A stretch of 63,880 bases of DNA, counting the filler, from Folioceros fuciformis (lineage: Eukaryota), in NCBI GenBank assembly GCA_049999805.1. It is 9 parts of 9 records of this genome, joined end to end, with 100 filler letters (N's around TTAATTAATTAA, not from the genome) between each part and the next. Parts side by side here need not be neighbours in the genome. Positions count along the whole stretch, not along the records: positions 20,725 to 39,916 come from JBNGIO010002650.1; 8 more parts are not named here. One strand, 5' to 3'. Both the position numbers and the translations under genes were made by a program. The notes below the pieces were generated by a model. The model worked only from the letters and a program-made list of their open reading frames with translations. It made no database searches and had not been told where the DNA came from. This document shows positions 24,407-38,490 of the stretch, in pieces; positions within the stretch are counted from its first letter, which is position 1, and every line of letters begins with the position of its first letter.

Positions 24407-25564
24407 GTTCGTGGTCGGTGGCTGGAGGTTCCTGTCAACTCCTGTCACTCACAGGTCTACCGAGCTTCGCTTCGACTGGGAGTATGAAAGGCCACGAGGA
24501 GGGTCTATATCCTTGCACCAAGAGGGAGAACTGCATTAAAGTGGAGGGAGAGTGGGAAAGTTGCGCGAACCCCTCAAGCTGCGCGCCTGGCTCCGCACAG
24601 GATTCCAGCTGTCGAAACCTTGCTTAAAAATAGAAACATAATGAGGGCCCTGTGGGCTCTTCTGACCCTGCCCCCCTGCAAAGAGGAGAGGAGTCGGGCC
24701 TCCTTGACCCGTTCAGAGCGCTGCTCTGTTGCCAGGAGCGCTGGCCCGTGGAATGCGCTTGCGCGCACACATCTCACTCGTCTGATTGTCACTGTCATCA
24801 TGCCATCGGGGAAACCACAGGGCCAAAGATTTTCGTTTTCGTGGAATGAACGAAACACCAGCCCGTCCGCCTGCACCCATGATGTTCAGTGGCCAGGAGA
24901 ACGTGGCTTGAACATGAATTTGCAGGAACCAGATCGGACCCCGTTGTGAGGCGCGAACGCAGGAAGAACATACAATAAAAAATGAATTTTCTTCGGGATT
25001 GTATCCAACCCGTCGATATCTTTGTGGGAGAGTGGGATGGGATGGCATGGGCTGAGCTGGTCTGCTACTGCAGCAGCTGAAGACAGGTTGAAAAGGAGCC
25101 CCCGAGCGTCTACTGGAGGAGGAGAAAGTGCCGACATTTGTGAGCCCTACAAATCATATAACAGCTGTATGGTGGAGTCATTTGCAGCTTGCTTACAGTA
25201 AGAGCATTCATTGCCTGTCGTGCGTGGTTGACTTGTTGCATGCCACGCATGAGTCTCTTTTATAAAGCCTGCAGCCTTCTGCAAGTAGTCATCCACCCAA
25301 GACGGGGATGTCCTCTCCCGTGGTCTCCCGACCGTGGTGGAGGTTGACACTGGAGACCACCATGCAGGCCAGTTCAGATCCCATGCCCATCAATCCCAGC
25401 TTGAATTAGTAGTGTCGGATCCTCGTCAAAGTGGTCTATTAGTCTACTGCGTCCACTTTGAAGGACCAGGACTTAACGCCGCCATTCCCATGACCCAAGA
25501 TGAACTTCCGGGCAAAGTGCAGCACATCCTCCAAAACATGTATGAGGATTCCATTGCACATGGC

Positions 25565-25722
25565 CATGTCACGCATGGCACATTGCCCAGACCCATGTCC
25601 ATGTCACGCATGGCACATTTCCCAGACCCATGTCCATGTCACGCATGGCACATTGCCCAGACCCATGTCCATGTCACGCATGGCACGTTGCCCAGACCCA
25701 TGTCCATGTCACGCATGGCACA
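25565..25722. repeat. ~4.5 x 35-bp tandem repeat (CATGTCACGCATGGCACATTGCCCAGACCCATGTC)
   Basis: Units start at 25565, 25600, 25635, 25670 and 25705 with 0-1 mismatch. Confidence 0.95.
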
Positions 25723-27169
25723 TGGAGGCACATGCACCATGGAATATGCCGGTGACCGCACGTGCTGCTTCTTCCTCCCATCTGCGGAGCGGGTGATGGG
25801 CGTCGTATGCAGACGTTGCTGAACTCAGGATCCATCGTCCTGTCCACGCCACGATAAGGGTTTGGGAGTGCTGCTTTCCTCGGGGCGGAACCTGGTTGTG
25901 TTTCGACTGTCTGGACTGTACTGGCTGCCTGCACCAGCCTGGATCCCGATGCAGCGCAGTGTTCAGTTTTGGGTTTCACAGCTCCTGCCTGTGAAGGATG
26001 CGGTTTCCGAGTCCTTGGATGCTGAGATGATTCTACTTGGCCCACGCGAATCCCTTTGTTCGGAGGTCTTGGGTGTGTGCGCGTACTTGAGCCCTGTTCG
26101 GGATTACGATCAGGACCTTTTCCCGGTGGTGGGGAAAGGGGCAGACTCTTTGGACGTCGCAGCGTTGAATAATCTTTGTCTGTGACTGCTGCAACACCAG
26201 CAGGAGCAGGTTTTGGATGATGTGCTGCAGGAACAATTGGGAGGCGTGCTGTACCTCCGGGCTCCCTATTAAGCTTCACCACCACTGCCGCAACTGTTGT
26301 GCGGCACGTTTCCTCACTTTCCTGTGCTGCCGCTAGGCTTCGGTCGATTGCACTACGTCTGTTCAGGGCATTAAGATCCTTCCACCGGGATCCTTCCTTG
26401 CACGCTGAGATCTCCTCTGCCGCAGCGAGATACAGGTCGGTTGAGCTCGCTCTGGCCTCACGGCCTTTGCTTTTGCTGACTTGCCGGGAGCGGATGAATG
26501 CGCCATCTTCACCTGCTGTACAGCCAATGCTTCTGTTGCTCCATTTCGATTGGTATGCACGATTATAAGGTAGTGTCCTAACCTGCCGGGGTCGAGCAGC
26601 CCTCCACTCGAGCGCATGGCGTTGACCTTTCAGTGGTTGCGGAATCTCTCCCACTGAAATGGTTCACCTGGTGACCATCTCACCAGCGAAGTTCGTGCAA
26701 TCCAAGTTCCGGTGAGGACAGGAATAGAGCAGATTGTCACAGCTGGTTTCGCCTTGTCTCTCGAGAGTTCTTAAGCAGATAGTATCATTGTCACCAATGT
26801 CTCTGCGTCTCCGAGAGCACTTGAAGCAAGAAACAGGCTCAATGCTTAGACGTGGTAAAAAGGCTTGGAATATCACTGCGGTTGAATGTTGGATCTCAAA
26901 GTAGTCCACTAGAGGGCGTAGGCTCTACCCAACAAACCATTGGACACCTTCGCCATCACCGTCGGGCCCTCCAAAGTCTGTAGTAACAATGAAGGGGACA
27001 CAACCACCAGATTCTTGTGTCGGGGCTACGGTACGTGACTAAAAGTCTTACGTATAATACACACGCTGGCAGAATGTATGGAAAGGAATGTACGTAACCG
27101 ATGGTACACAAGTACGAAAGTCATCACCATCACTCAGACCCTCCACGTAAAATGTGCGTGGTCCTCACA

Positions 27170-27548
27170 AAAGATTTTAGCTAATGCTTCCAATGGAGAC
27201 CATCTGCATTGCCAAGCTAAGGTGATAGTCGACGATGCGGTAGGAGAATCAACGGAGGAGACATGTATGAGGAAAGTTGACAGCTACACCTTCATGAGTT
27301 TATTCCCGACCTCTGTTGTGATAATGTACACCTTTAGGTACCTCTGCACACCTTTGCCGCAAAAGGTTTCAGCTAATGCTTCCAATAGAGACCATCTGCG
27401 CTGCCAAGCTAAGGTGATAGACGACGATGCGGTAGGAGAATCACCGGAGGAGACATGTGCAAGGAAAGCTGAAAGCTCCTCCTTCATGAGTTTATTCCCT
27501 ACCTCTGTTGTGATACAGTACACCTTAAGGTACCTCTGCACACCTTTG
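27170..27548. repeat. 192-bp direct tandem duplication
   Basis: AGCTAATGCTTCCAAT at 27179 and 27371, with collinear sequence thereafter. Confidence 0.9.
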
Positions 27549-28774
27549 GGCACCCGTGGTATGGGAACCCCATCGACATCAGGAAAGCTTACGCCTCGGG
27601 TCTAACATCAGCTTGAGCAGCGTGTGTCAAAGAAGCAGTGCTATCTCATGAAATAACCTGCGTCGGTTGGGTAGCCTATTCTACTAAGATGTCAAATCCC
27701 CCAGGATCTGCCCAAGGACCATAATCTGGACACAAGTTAACAGGCATGGAGCCAGAGACCTGATTCCGGATATTGGAGCTGGGGAATCCTTCCCTTCCCC
27801 GCTAAACCATCCAAAATAGACCTGCTGCTACCCATGTTCACGAGACAAACGACTATGTAGCAAGGAGCATTACCTCACGAGATACAAGAAACGCTCATTC
27901 CTCAGCCTTACCAAAGTTTGCCTTTAAATTCTGCCATGATGGATATCCCTCTTCTTTTTCAGATGCCACTGCCCCACTGGTACCGATCAACAAAGGAAAT
28001 GCTTATGTAAACAGCCAGTACGATACGCAGCCACTTTACTCTGCTCTAAGTTATCCTCAGTACCCAAAGATCCCTCCACCGCCAACATCATCCTACTTTC
28101 AGACATCAGGAATTCGCCTCTACTCTGGTAACTATCCAGCAAACAGCCAAGGCTGATCGGGTGAAAAGCGTCCACCTGGAGAAGGATAAGAAGAACTTCA
28201 GCTGCACCCCGCAAAGACTGATACACATTTGCACTATCTTTTCTACTAGGGACAATACTTGCAACCTGGTGTCCCTAACGTCCATTTCCAGATTCAGCAG
28301 CAACAGGTATCGAAATCCTCATTTTAAGTGTGTCAGTAAGTTTAGGATGAGCACACGTTGGGTTGGGTCTACTCAAACTCTCAGATCCAACTCTAACCAG
28401 CTACACGGGCAGATGACGCACGGAACAAAGCATTCTCATCTTTGTAACGTTGTAAACAGTCGCCGACGGAAGGCCTGTTCGGCGCTTCTGTTGAGTATCC
28501 TTCACCACTTCAAACCGACTGTTATTACGGTGAGGACGGTCCATACCAAAAGCCCCACTAGGTGCCGCAACGACATACAAATCCTATCAGCACTCGGAGT
28601 TCAATTCCGACAATGATCTACCTCCCTATCGGAGAGGGGCCAGGGCCGGCATTGCTCCGACCAGTAACACAGACTGATTATCTGCTCACCAATTTATGAA
28701 CGCACACCCAACTTGTAAGGCCGCATGCATCACTTTGTGATGCAAGACCTACAAGAGGAAAAGGCTTGATCCGT

Positions 28775-29876
28775 TCAGCGACGACAGACGAGGCCAGCGC
28801 CACCGGTGCAGGTGGTTTCAGGGAAATCAACGATGGAAACCTCCTGGGAAATCTGTCCTCGGAAGTGGGCAACCTTGCAATCGGCAGACATGAGAGCAGA
28901 AGAGAGGAAGGGGCTCTCTTCCGAAATCACCGGCATGCTCTGGTCGGCCTGCTTCTCGAGGTGCTTGAACCCGGGAGCGTAGGTCTGGCCCAGGACCCCA
29001 GACACGGAAGGCGTGAGCGCCTTGAAATGGAAGTTCAGCTCGAGGTGAGCAAAGCAGTTGTCGGGGGTGATGCCGTAGCGGTGGCGGATGTTCTCAGACT
29101 CCGTGACGGGCACGACAAGCACAAACAGGGAAAACTGGTCATCCACATCAATGATGACGCCATTGTGGTTTTGCGACCTGGTGACGGTCAACCCGGCATG
29201 GGGAGCACTCCAAGAAGCGTCCTTCTCGGTCGGCAGAAGGACCGGAGTTGAGTCCAGGGACATCACCAGGTAGTCCACGGAGTTGTCGAAGGTCGCCACC
29301 TGCAACATAATGGATGCAAGTGTTTCAGATCGGATCAGGAGACTGGCCATGGGGGATTGGGGAACGAGCTAACATGTGAACTTACCTTGCTAGCGCCGAC
29401 ATAGAACTGGTGGTCGCCGAAGAGAATTCCAAGTGACTGCACCCAGGTGAAGTCGCGAGACATGTGGTCGGCCCGGCGGCCAATGAAGTGCGCGTTCACG
29501 TGCAGGTTGGAGTCGGAGACGATGCAGAAGTCGGCGTCCTTGTGGCCGTGGAAGTAGAACTGCTGACCATCGCTGCCCACGAACACGGGGTCGTCCTTGA
29601 TGCAGCCCGGGTAGTAGCCCTGGCTGCAGGGCCTAGGCTTCCACAGAGCACCTGCAATCACACGGCAGCCGGCATTCAGGAACGGAACAAGACTGTAATC
29701 CGAGCGGGCGCCTTACACAACAATCGTCCGTTCACCACAAATGGTCGACAAAGATGATCCCAGAAGGAACTGCGCCGGCGCACAAAACCCGAATCACAGA
29801 GCCGCTAATCACCTTCCACATTGTTGACAACAGACAAAGCCAATACCGCCACAATCACAGCTGAGAGCACCGCCAT
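28775..29876 (-). CDS. Secreted Root_cap-family protein, copy 2 (exons 29813-29876, 29386-29651, 28775-29299; 284 aa)
   Basis: Signal peptide MAVLSAVIVAVLALSVVNNVEG; ALWKPRPCSQGYYPGCIKDDPVF...; same exon phases as copy 1. Confidence 0.9.
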
Positions 29877-32800
29877 TACTGCTTGACTCCCAGCGCTTGC
29901 TTTCCTCATAGACAATATCAGATCGCAGAAAGGCTACGTAAACCGTTAGGAGCATACCGTGTTTTATAGTCGCTCGTCGCTTGACCTTTGGAGAGTCCAG
30001 ACAACACCGGGTTGCGTGACGACAATCCAGCATGGCAAGCTCGCACATGTCTCGAGCGCATTCCCATGCGCAAGTCTCGATACGGTCTCCGTTTCCATTG
30101 GTTAGTCATTTCTATTTCCAGCCGATCCGGGGTGCATCTCTGTAGTGTAATCAGCCATCCAGCATTGTTTTTCTGGCCGCTGGAACCCTCTGGAATTTTA
30201 CATTTCTTTAAGAGCGGCCAGGACGAGCCAGAGTTGTGCAGGTAGGGTGGGCATATCCCCAATAATGGCTGCGTGCAGTTACTATCGGGTACAACACATT
30301 ACTCTCGCTCCCTGCTCTCAAACTTCACCAGGTTGACCCGATCTTCCTTCACTCAATCTCCTCTAAACAATACTCTACTGTAGCATTACGGTGACAGGAC
30401 AGCAGGCTTTCTGGCTGGCATCCAAGGCTGGCGTCCGTGCGCGATCTCACACGTGTCAGCCAGCTACGCTGGCAGCCCATGAACGCACAACGGACCAGTG
30501 CACAAGTCCGCCATCAGATTCCTCTGCACCCTGCGATAGTGCCTCACCTATCGTTTGCCCACTTTGGACCATGGACGCTTCACGATTTGCGTCGGTGCAG
30601 GTAGCGGGGAGAATGTTTCCTGGCCCACCGTCTCCATCTAGACCCTCGAAGCAGGTACCAGGGCTCGTGGGCAATAGGACTTCCTCATAACGATTTTGTT
30701 AACTTTCAACCCGGAACACCCGCTGCGCACCATATTCACACGTTTCTGTCTTGTTGTGCTTTTACAGCCACAAATGCCTCAAGAGAGTGGGTTGAACGTA
30801 CCCGGACTTGGCGCTCCGCTCCTGATTTTTCTAATGAAGTTTCTGCGATACATTTTTATTCACGGATTGACTCGCCTTATTATTTTATAGAATAGACAAA
30901 TAATGTTGCAGTTATGGCAAGAAGGGTTTGGAGTTATACATCGTACACATACTTTTTCTCAATGGAAAATCTTCCAGGAAGACAGGAAGGAACATATATA
31001 ATATTATTATTTTATTAAATATCCTTATAATTTAAACATTGTCCTTGGGAGGATTAAGTCAATTGCAAAGCTTGTTGACTTCCACAGGTGCATGCTCAAG
31101 CCGGGTTTACACTAGGGTGGTCATGACCACGTGTCAGGAAATGTGGTGCATGTATACCCATGCACACTGCGCAATCATGCCATGGTGACATGACAACTGC
31201 TCTCACTTATGAAACTTGTGGGATTGGGTGGTGTATGTAAACCCCTTGTACACTGCACGATCATACCATGGTGACATTGCAACTTCTGAAACTTGTCACT
31301 AGCTACCGAAACACCCGAGACCAAACAACTCCCATGCAATTGTGTGTGGACCCGTGGCATAGTTAACAATGTTATTACGGTTTGTGATTTACTAAGCACA
31401 GTCCGTTTCAATACCCGTTCACATGCAATTCATTTTATTACTTCAGCAGCCCGTGAAACATAGTTCTTCCTCATACCAACTTCATGGACTTCATTTTTCT
31501 TAAGCAAGTTTCCCACTCGTCTTCCACAAAGCTCCGCTATGCACTTGGTTTTGCTTAACCGAGAAAGATTTGGATCCGTTTATGCGTCAGCCTCTTGAAA
31601 CAATGTTTGTCAGGCTATGCTAATTAATTAGGCTAGCTAATTAATTAACCTATGTAATTATGGTGATTATTAGATAATTAACCAGAATTAGCCAAGCATA
31701 ACACGTGTGGGTTTGTTTATGGCTCGGGAGCGAGGCGTGAAGGGCAAACATGTGATGCTGGATGATGGCGAACGTGAGTGATGGGGCAGCTCAGGCATCA
31801 TTGTGCAAGATGGCCCTGAGGTTGCGAGTGTGGGCGGCATGGCGCCAACGGTGTGGAGTGAGACTGCGGGCAACGGCCAAGAGCAAGAGTGGCACAGATG
31901 AGTACCGCACTGCGAGGCTTAGCTAGGTAGTTGTTAGAAGTTCTCAAGTGGTAGCTTGCTACGTCGCGCAGCTTGGACCTTCCCATGTAGTTGGCTAGGG
32001 GACATGTGATATGCTTTGTAACTTCTCATGATTTGGTTTGCTAGGGAGGTGTGTCTAAGGGTGAACCTGATTGCAAGAACAAGGTTGGTGGACTGCAGCC
32101 GAGAGAAGGGGGCTCCCATTGTGAGCCCAACACGGGGCTCACCCGTAAACTTGAGCTGGTTCTCTGAATTCTGGGGGAATCAAATTGAAGGGCTTCGCGT
32201 GGCTTTCATGTTGACTGTCCAGGGTGGAAGCTCCCTTCGTGGCTTGTACTAGGGGGATCGCTGTTTGTGGGTGATGCCAAGACGAGGTTGCAGTGCTAAG
32301 GGCATGGCGATTCCTTTGCGAACCCTCACCTGGTGTTTCCTAGCTGCAGGGTTGAACGGCACAAGGTGCTAAGCGAAATTACAAAGCCGGGCTCACCCGA
32401 ATCATAGATTGTCGAGGTGTTAGGTTCAAGTTGTATGGGGTAGCGGACCAAGCTCTAGAGCTTGTGCATGGAATCAATGCGGCGTGGGCTGTGAACCTGG
32501 GGCATCGCAAAGACTCATCGAGCTGGGGCTGCTGGTCGCCTTGCGCGTGCGACGATGTGGTGTGAGTGCAAGCTAGGTTCAACGCTAAGTGTCCGAGCTG
32601 GGCAAGCTGCCACAACCTTCCACTGAGGATTTGCAGACTTTGGGCTCTCGTGACGGTGCGGCAAACGGAGTGATTCAGGTCGTGATTGCTGGAGACAAGC
32701 GTGGATTTGAGGGTCTGCTGGTGTTTCGAGTTGGCTGATCTAGCTGGGCTTTGCCCATGGGTGTTGTGAAACTGGGATTGCGCTACGATAGTTCACTGTG

Positions 32801-33379
32801 TGCGATTTTGCCCAAACATTGGTTTTGAGTAAACGAGATACATCAGCGCTCCTTGCAGCGCAAAAGTATTGCTCTCGTGTAGTCTTGATAAGGACTTACC
32901 AGGAACACGTTCTGCCGTTGCTCATTTTCTCATTTTCCTTACAGTCATGTTCATAGCAACCTTCTCAAAGAGTGTGAGATTAGGTTTTTCGTTCGCATAC
33001 AATTTTGGTTGCCTAATGTCAAGGGCACTTTTAGCTAACACTCTTTTAACATGACATGTTCTACTACGTAAGTGGTGGTTTTAACAGTCTAGATGAATGG
33101 CAAGTGAGCGGCATGTCACAAGGCTCAAGTGAGTAGCTTTTCACCTACAACCAATTTCTCCTTATCGCCTTTCATAGTGCCCATCGTTGGGGCATCTATC
33201 GTTGGCAAAACCTTGCCACCAGTTGCTCTACGGGGTTTGGCAGTGGGCCCTTCCTTGCAGGTACATCCAACACCTCAACCTACAAATCAGCTCCCCAGGA
33301 TGAAGATTGTGTGCAAATCTCTCCAATGCCCATCAAACAACAACGGCATGCAGTGAAGAAAAAACAATTCATGAAGATA

Positions 33380-34010
33380 CAGGAATTTTCGGCTAGAGGC
33401 AAGAAAAGAGATGCGTGGAAAGAGCATCATGTGATAAACCTCATTCACGTAAAAGGTGGGAGATCAAATTTGACAAAACTCCAAAACAAGGTTGGCCTTT
33501 TGCTATAGTTCAAGAATGAATAGCAGCAAATTTCAAGTTCTTGTCTCACAATTTTCCTACCCCTCTAGGATTTAACATTTGGAGTAAGGTAGCTGTAGCA
33601 GTAGTTGCAATTTGCCATGATTTTGATAAGAATTCGAAGGCCACTAGACAAAAATGGAAATTGATCTATGAGGACTACAAGGTGAACAAAGCTTACAATG
33701 CCGTATCAAGCAACAAAAGGTCTAAGAAGTGTGCATGGTTTGATATTGTTCATCTTTATATGCATAACCATATTCACAATCGTGTGTGAGGCTCATGCCT
33801 CTTCACACAAGAGGTCAAGTGTGAACAATTCTACACTAAGTTGGGCTAGCAAAGAGGACATTGTTAAAAGAGAAAGACCTCTTAAGAAAATTCAAGTGAT
33901 GCTATTAGCTTATTGAGCTCCATGCCCAAGAAACTAGAAGCTCTTAAAGAGGAGAAGGTAGCATTACTAGAAACTTTAGTTGCCTCTTTGGCCAAAAGTT
34001 TCAAGAATCA
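33380..34010 (+). pseudogene. Degenerate Myb/SANT (trihelix-type) ORF, possibly a PIF/Harbinger transposon remnant
   Basis: IWSKVAVAV...KATRQKWKLIYEDYK...CAWFDIVH fits the W-x-KW-x-Y/WF pattern of trihelix Myb-like domains. Broken by stops. Confidence 0.5.
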
Positions 34011-34069
34011 GTCTTAGGTCACATTTGAATATAGAGTTTGACTAAAACTTTTAGTGTTGGTAATGATTG

Positions 34070-34790
34070 CTAGAGGCATGTTCTCTAAGAACCAAAACCA
34101 TCATCGTGTAGAGCGGACCAAAACCACCATCGTATAGAGCTTGCAAAGTGCTATACGCAGGTGTATAAATTAGGATTTCTTAGGGTCCAAAAGTCAACTG
34201 ATCTGCACTCAAAGTTTGACTCTCATTTTCGATAAACAAAGTCTCTCTGCAACTTTGAGTGTTCATTGCAATTGCTAGATGTATGTTCTACAAAACTTAA
34301 GATAATCATCGTGTAGAGCTTGCAAATCCCTACATGTGGGTATATAGAGCATGATTTTTTAGGTTCCAAACACCAACTAATTGGCCATTGAAGTTTGCCT
34401 TTCATTTTCAATGCACAAAGTCATGCTGCAACTATCAACGTTTGTAGCAACTTCTACATGCATTTTCTACAAGAACCAAGCCCATAAGCATGTAGAGCTT
34501 AGAAAGCCTACATGTGGGCATATAAAGCATGATTTCTTAGGGTTAAGACGCCAACTAACTAACCATAGAAGTTTGCCCTTCATTTTCAATACACAAAGTC
34601 ATGCTGAAACTATCAACATTCGTAGCAACTTCTCCATGCATTTTCTACAAAAACAAAGCTTACCATTGTGTAAAGCTTAAAAATCCCTACACGTGGGTAT
34701 ATAAAGCATGGTTTCTTTAGGTCTGACTGACAACTCATTTGTCATCAAAGTTTGACTCTTCTTTCCGATAGACAAAGTCATGATGCAACT
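34070..34790. repeat. ~4 x 179-bp degenerate tandem repeat
   Basis: A(G/A)AGCTT anchor at 34136, 34315, 34494 and 34672, with collinear units. Confidence 0.85.
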
Positions 34791-37700
34791 TTCAGTACTC
34801 ACACCACACCACATTACACACACATTAAACACTACATGATGGTGCCGCAGCTCTATAAAGAGTGAAGTGCTTGCTTCCTTCAGATACCACAAAATCTCCT
34901 CCATCTGCATGCACACTTCTCAGAGTTGTAACTTGGCTTCTCAGATCCTTGATTGGGTCACATGATCTTGCACACTACAGTGCATCGCTTTTGTACAATG
35001 GGGACCTTCACCGGTAACCCATCACTCACAAAGTGATTGGCTATTTAATGCTTATGTGAGTCCAACTTTCATCCCAATCTCTATAATTATGCAAGTGACT
35101 TGAGTGCAATTGCTTATTTTTCACTTAGAGCACTTGATTGTGGAAGCCAATGATGCAGTTCAACGCATGGTGGGTTAAGACATTGATTCTATGCGTAGCC
35201 ATAACGAAGATGAAAAGCTCATTATGTGTTTATGTCTTTCTTCAACAATTGCATTGACTTTTGCAATAAATTATCTTCATCCTCAACATCCTCACCTTCT
35301 TTCACATAGACAAGCAAAGCCACTCAATGCTAAGAAAGATGTAAAATAAAGCTCGTTGTGTGTTGAGGTCTTGCTTTAGAAATTGCATTGCCTATTGCGA
35401 TAAATTTTCTTTGGAGTCAATCTAACAGGCTTTCCTTATGTAGCCAAGCAGTAGCCGCTAATCAATGCTAAGAAAGGTGCAGATCAACTCCCATTCTCAG
35501 AGCCAAAAAGTAATTATACAATAGATAGACGTACACCATGCTCATCAACATTATGTTGGATAAGGTGAAGACCTCCTTATTCATAGCGATACTCATCTGC
35601 AATAGAGGAGTTAGGCCTCAAGGAGATGAGTTGGAAAATCGACTCTCTAGAAAGATGTAACAGTGGTTACTATGTGAACGGTGTTAACATGACAAAATCA
35701 CTTGATTTGAGAGTTCCATAAGTGGCCAACGTAATCGTAACCTTAGAAGCAAGATCATGTTCTACCCTTTCAAGTGGATAACGAGCACGTGAGCTATTAG
35801 TACCGAAATCAACATTAAGAGTTGCATGAAGTTTCCTTTCTTCAAGGTTCATGTTCCACAGATTGTCAAGGGAGGTGAGGCCCAAGAACCCTACATTTTT
35901 AGTATGTTGAGATTTGCGAACTTTGGCGACAACTTTTGTTTGCCTACAGTATTTGCATGCTTGTAGGAGAAAAGTTAGAGCAGGAGGAGGATGGCTTCTA
36001 CCTGACCAGTTTTTTCTTTTGAATTTTCATTAAATTAGTTATGAGAAGTAAGCAAAATGTGAGTACCTAGTGGTATAGTGTTGGTTTCACCCAAGTTCGC
36101 AAAGTCTCGGTAGTGACTGATCAATTAGTAAACCACAATTTAATTGATGTAAACAAGCTATACTCAAAGCTAGGGTGGAACTGGTGAGCCTTCATCTCTT
36201 CCACAATTATCTGCCAGTATGTACCCTCTCCACAAGCCGTCCAAGATTGCAATTATTCCTTATTTAGGCTATTTACAAGGCATTGATGAAGGAGATAAAG
36301 CTGCCTTTAATCTTTGTCATTTTCCTTTTAAAAGGCCCTAGAAAGTATACATTAAGTTGAGTATAATTGTCAACAAGTCAAGAATCATCTAACTTTCATA
36401 TCAAGAATTTTTTTGTTGAATTCTACACTAAGTACGATTGTGAGTTTCAAGCAAGTTACAATCTCCCAAGAATCTTGCCCCTAAAGTTCAGGCACTCCAA
36501 AAGTTACTCCAAGGTTGCGAGCCTCCCTATGAAAGGTTGTGCATTCTAGACTTACCACAAAGTTGTGAACTCGAGCTCCATCCACACTACAGAGGTACGA
36601 CATGGCAGCAGAGCTGTGGTTTTGAACGTGTGCCCCCTTTGCCACCATGGTCCATTGTACAAGGTTGCAACACCTCGTTATGATCTCGCTTGTCCCTATT
36701 GCGAGTTCAGGATAGGGCTTAAGGCTACGAGCGAAATGGCCGCATTTCCTCGAGGCCTGGCCTCGGGGCAGATCGATGCCTCGTCCTCGGGGCCGGTCTC
36801 GGCCTCCTGGGTTCGAGGCGACGGGGTCCACGGGGCCCCGACCGGCCAGGCCGCGAGCCAGACCCCGACCCCCGGCGCATGCGGGGCTGGGGGTTAGTAA
36901 TAATTTTTAGGGTTATCACTTATATTTGAATTTTTGAATATCAATAAATTATGGAGGATTGGCATCCTACTTGCTGCGGGATCTTGGGTAGGTGAGAAAG
37001 AAAATATATTCTACAGGGATAATATAATATTCATACAAATAATGTGTTCAATAATAAAACATTCAAGTGAGTTTTTAGCGAAGGTAGACTGGAATGACTC
37101 GGAGTGCTGGGGATGTCTGCCATGTTGAGTATCTCGTCCTTATAAGCTCATGGTATTGAGGTCAGGCTTAGAATATAATCGGACAACATTGTCCTTCCAC
37201 TCGATGTGAGTGGAACCTCTCCACGACAAGTCCGTATTGCCTGGTGCCACACCGGTGGTCGTGTAAACTTTCATGATGTTTCCAGAGTGAAATTTCTGAC
37301 TTGTGGAATCAGAGCCATGCCAAGGTGCCAGACTTCGCATGCGTGATGGCCAAACTGCAGGTAACAATCACTCTGATCTCATGTCCTTAAGGTGCTTTAA
37401 GTTAGGCGTGGAGCTGCCACGGGTTGCCAGCTGCCACGGGTTGCCGGCTGCATGGTTCCCTGAGCATCTCCCCTTTGCAAACGCTTTGTATCGTAAGTGT
37501 CCGGGAAAGGAACTACTGGATCTGGGATCATGGTCTGTTGAAATTTTGCGCAGGCTTTGAACAGAAAGGTGTAAAGCTTGGGCTGATCGACGTCTATGGC
37601 TCTTAGAAGTTCAGAATCCACATGTCACAGCATCAGTGTCTCCGTGTCTGTCCAGCAAAACCTGTTCACTCCATGACCGTACTTCCATGCATTCGATTGG

Positions 37701-38490
37701 ATGAACTTTGCGGATTGGAAGTTGATGTTCTGTAAAACATCAGCTACAATCCTAATGCTCCTGCATGCATGCTGCTCTCTGTTGTCGCAGATAAAATGCT
37801 TACAGTCTTGAGTGTTCAGGTGTTTGGTATCCCGTAAGGTGTTCCCATGGAAGCGTTTCTCAGATCCAGAGGCCTTACAACTCTTGAAATCGTTCAAAGT
37901 GAGTATGTTGAGTCTACCAGGTAAATCTTTCTCGCAAAGGAAGCAGTAAGTGCGGCTCGTGTGTTTGTAAAGCTTACAAGAACAAGAAAGTCCAAAGAAG
38001 CCCATCTGGAACGAGGTGTTGCAAACTTGCCTTCAGTCCCAACATCAACAGGAGATGCTTGCTGCCTTCCATCTTTGCGAGTCTATGGTTTGACAGAACA
38101 TGCTGAAGAATCTGCCCACATAAGCCTCCATCTCTACTAGGTAGAGATGTTTGGTTAGCTCTTGCTGAGGAGATTTCTTCACCATTCGAGTGTTACTATA
38201 TAGCATGGTACAGAGCATACACCCTACCAGGCAACGCAATGACAGACAAATCCTGGTAGCATTCGGAGTGGAATTCCGTGTATGGTTTGGTGTCTGTCCT
38301 TGGCAAGGAGAGAGACCTGCCTCTGTTTGTGAGACGAAGGGAGACAACAGGGACAGTACGACTCCAACTATGGCGCAGACTACTGCCCTGACTCACCAAT
38401 TTATGGACGCACCGGACTCTACAAGTTTGCACCACAAGCTTTAATCGTAATGAAGACCGAGTCTCGAATCCGCACAATTTGAAATCAGCT

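Noticed and set aside
31620-31650. CTAATTAATTAG...CTAATTAATTAA palindromes and the adjoining GC-rich 31690-32800 block as a defined element
   Set aside because: Probably TE-derived, but I could not find termini, a TSD or a second copy.
37140-38350. Short minus-strand ORFs between Root_cap copies 2 and 3
   Set aside because: No recognisable motif or splice model; possibly decayed coding sequence but unsupported.
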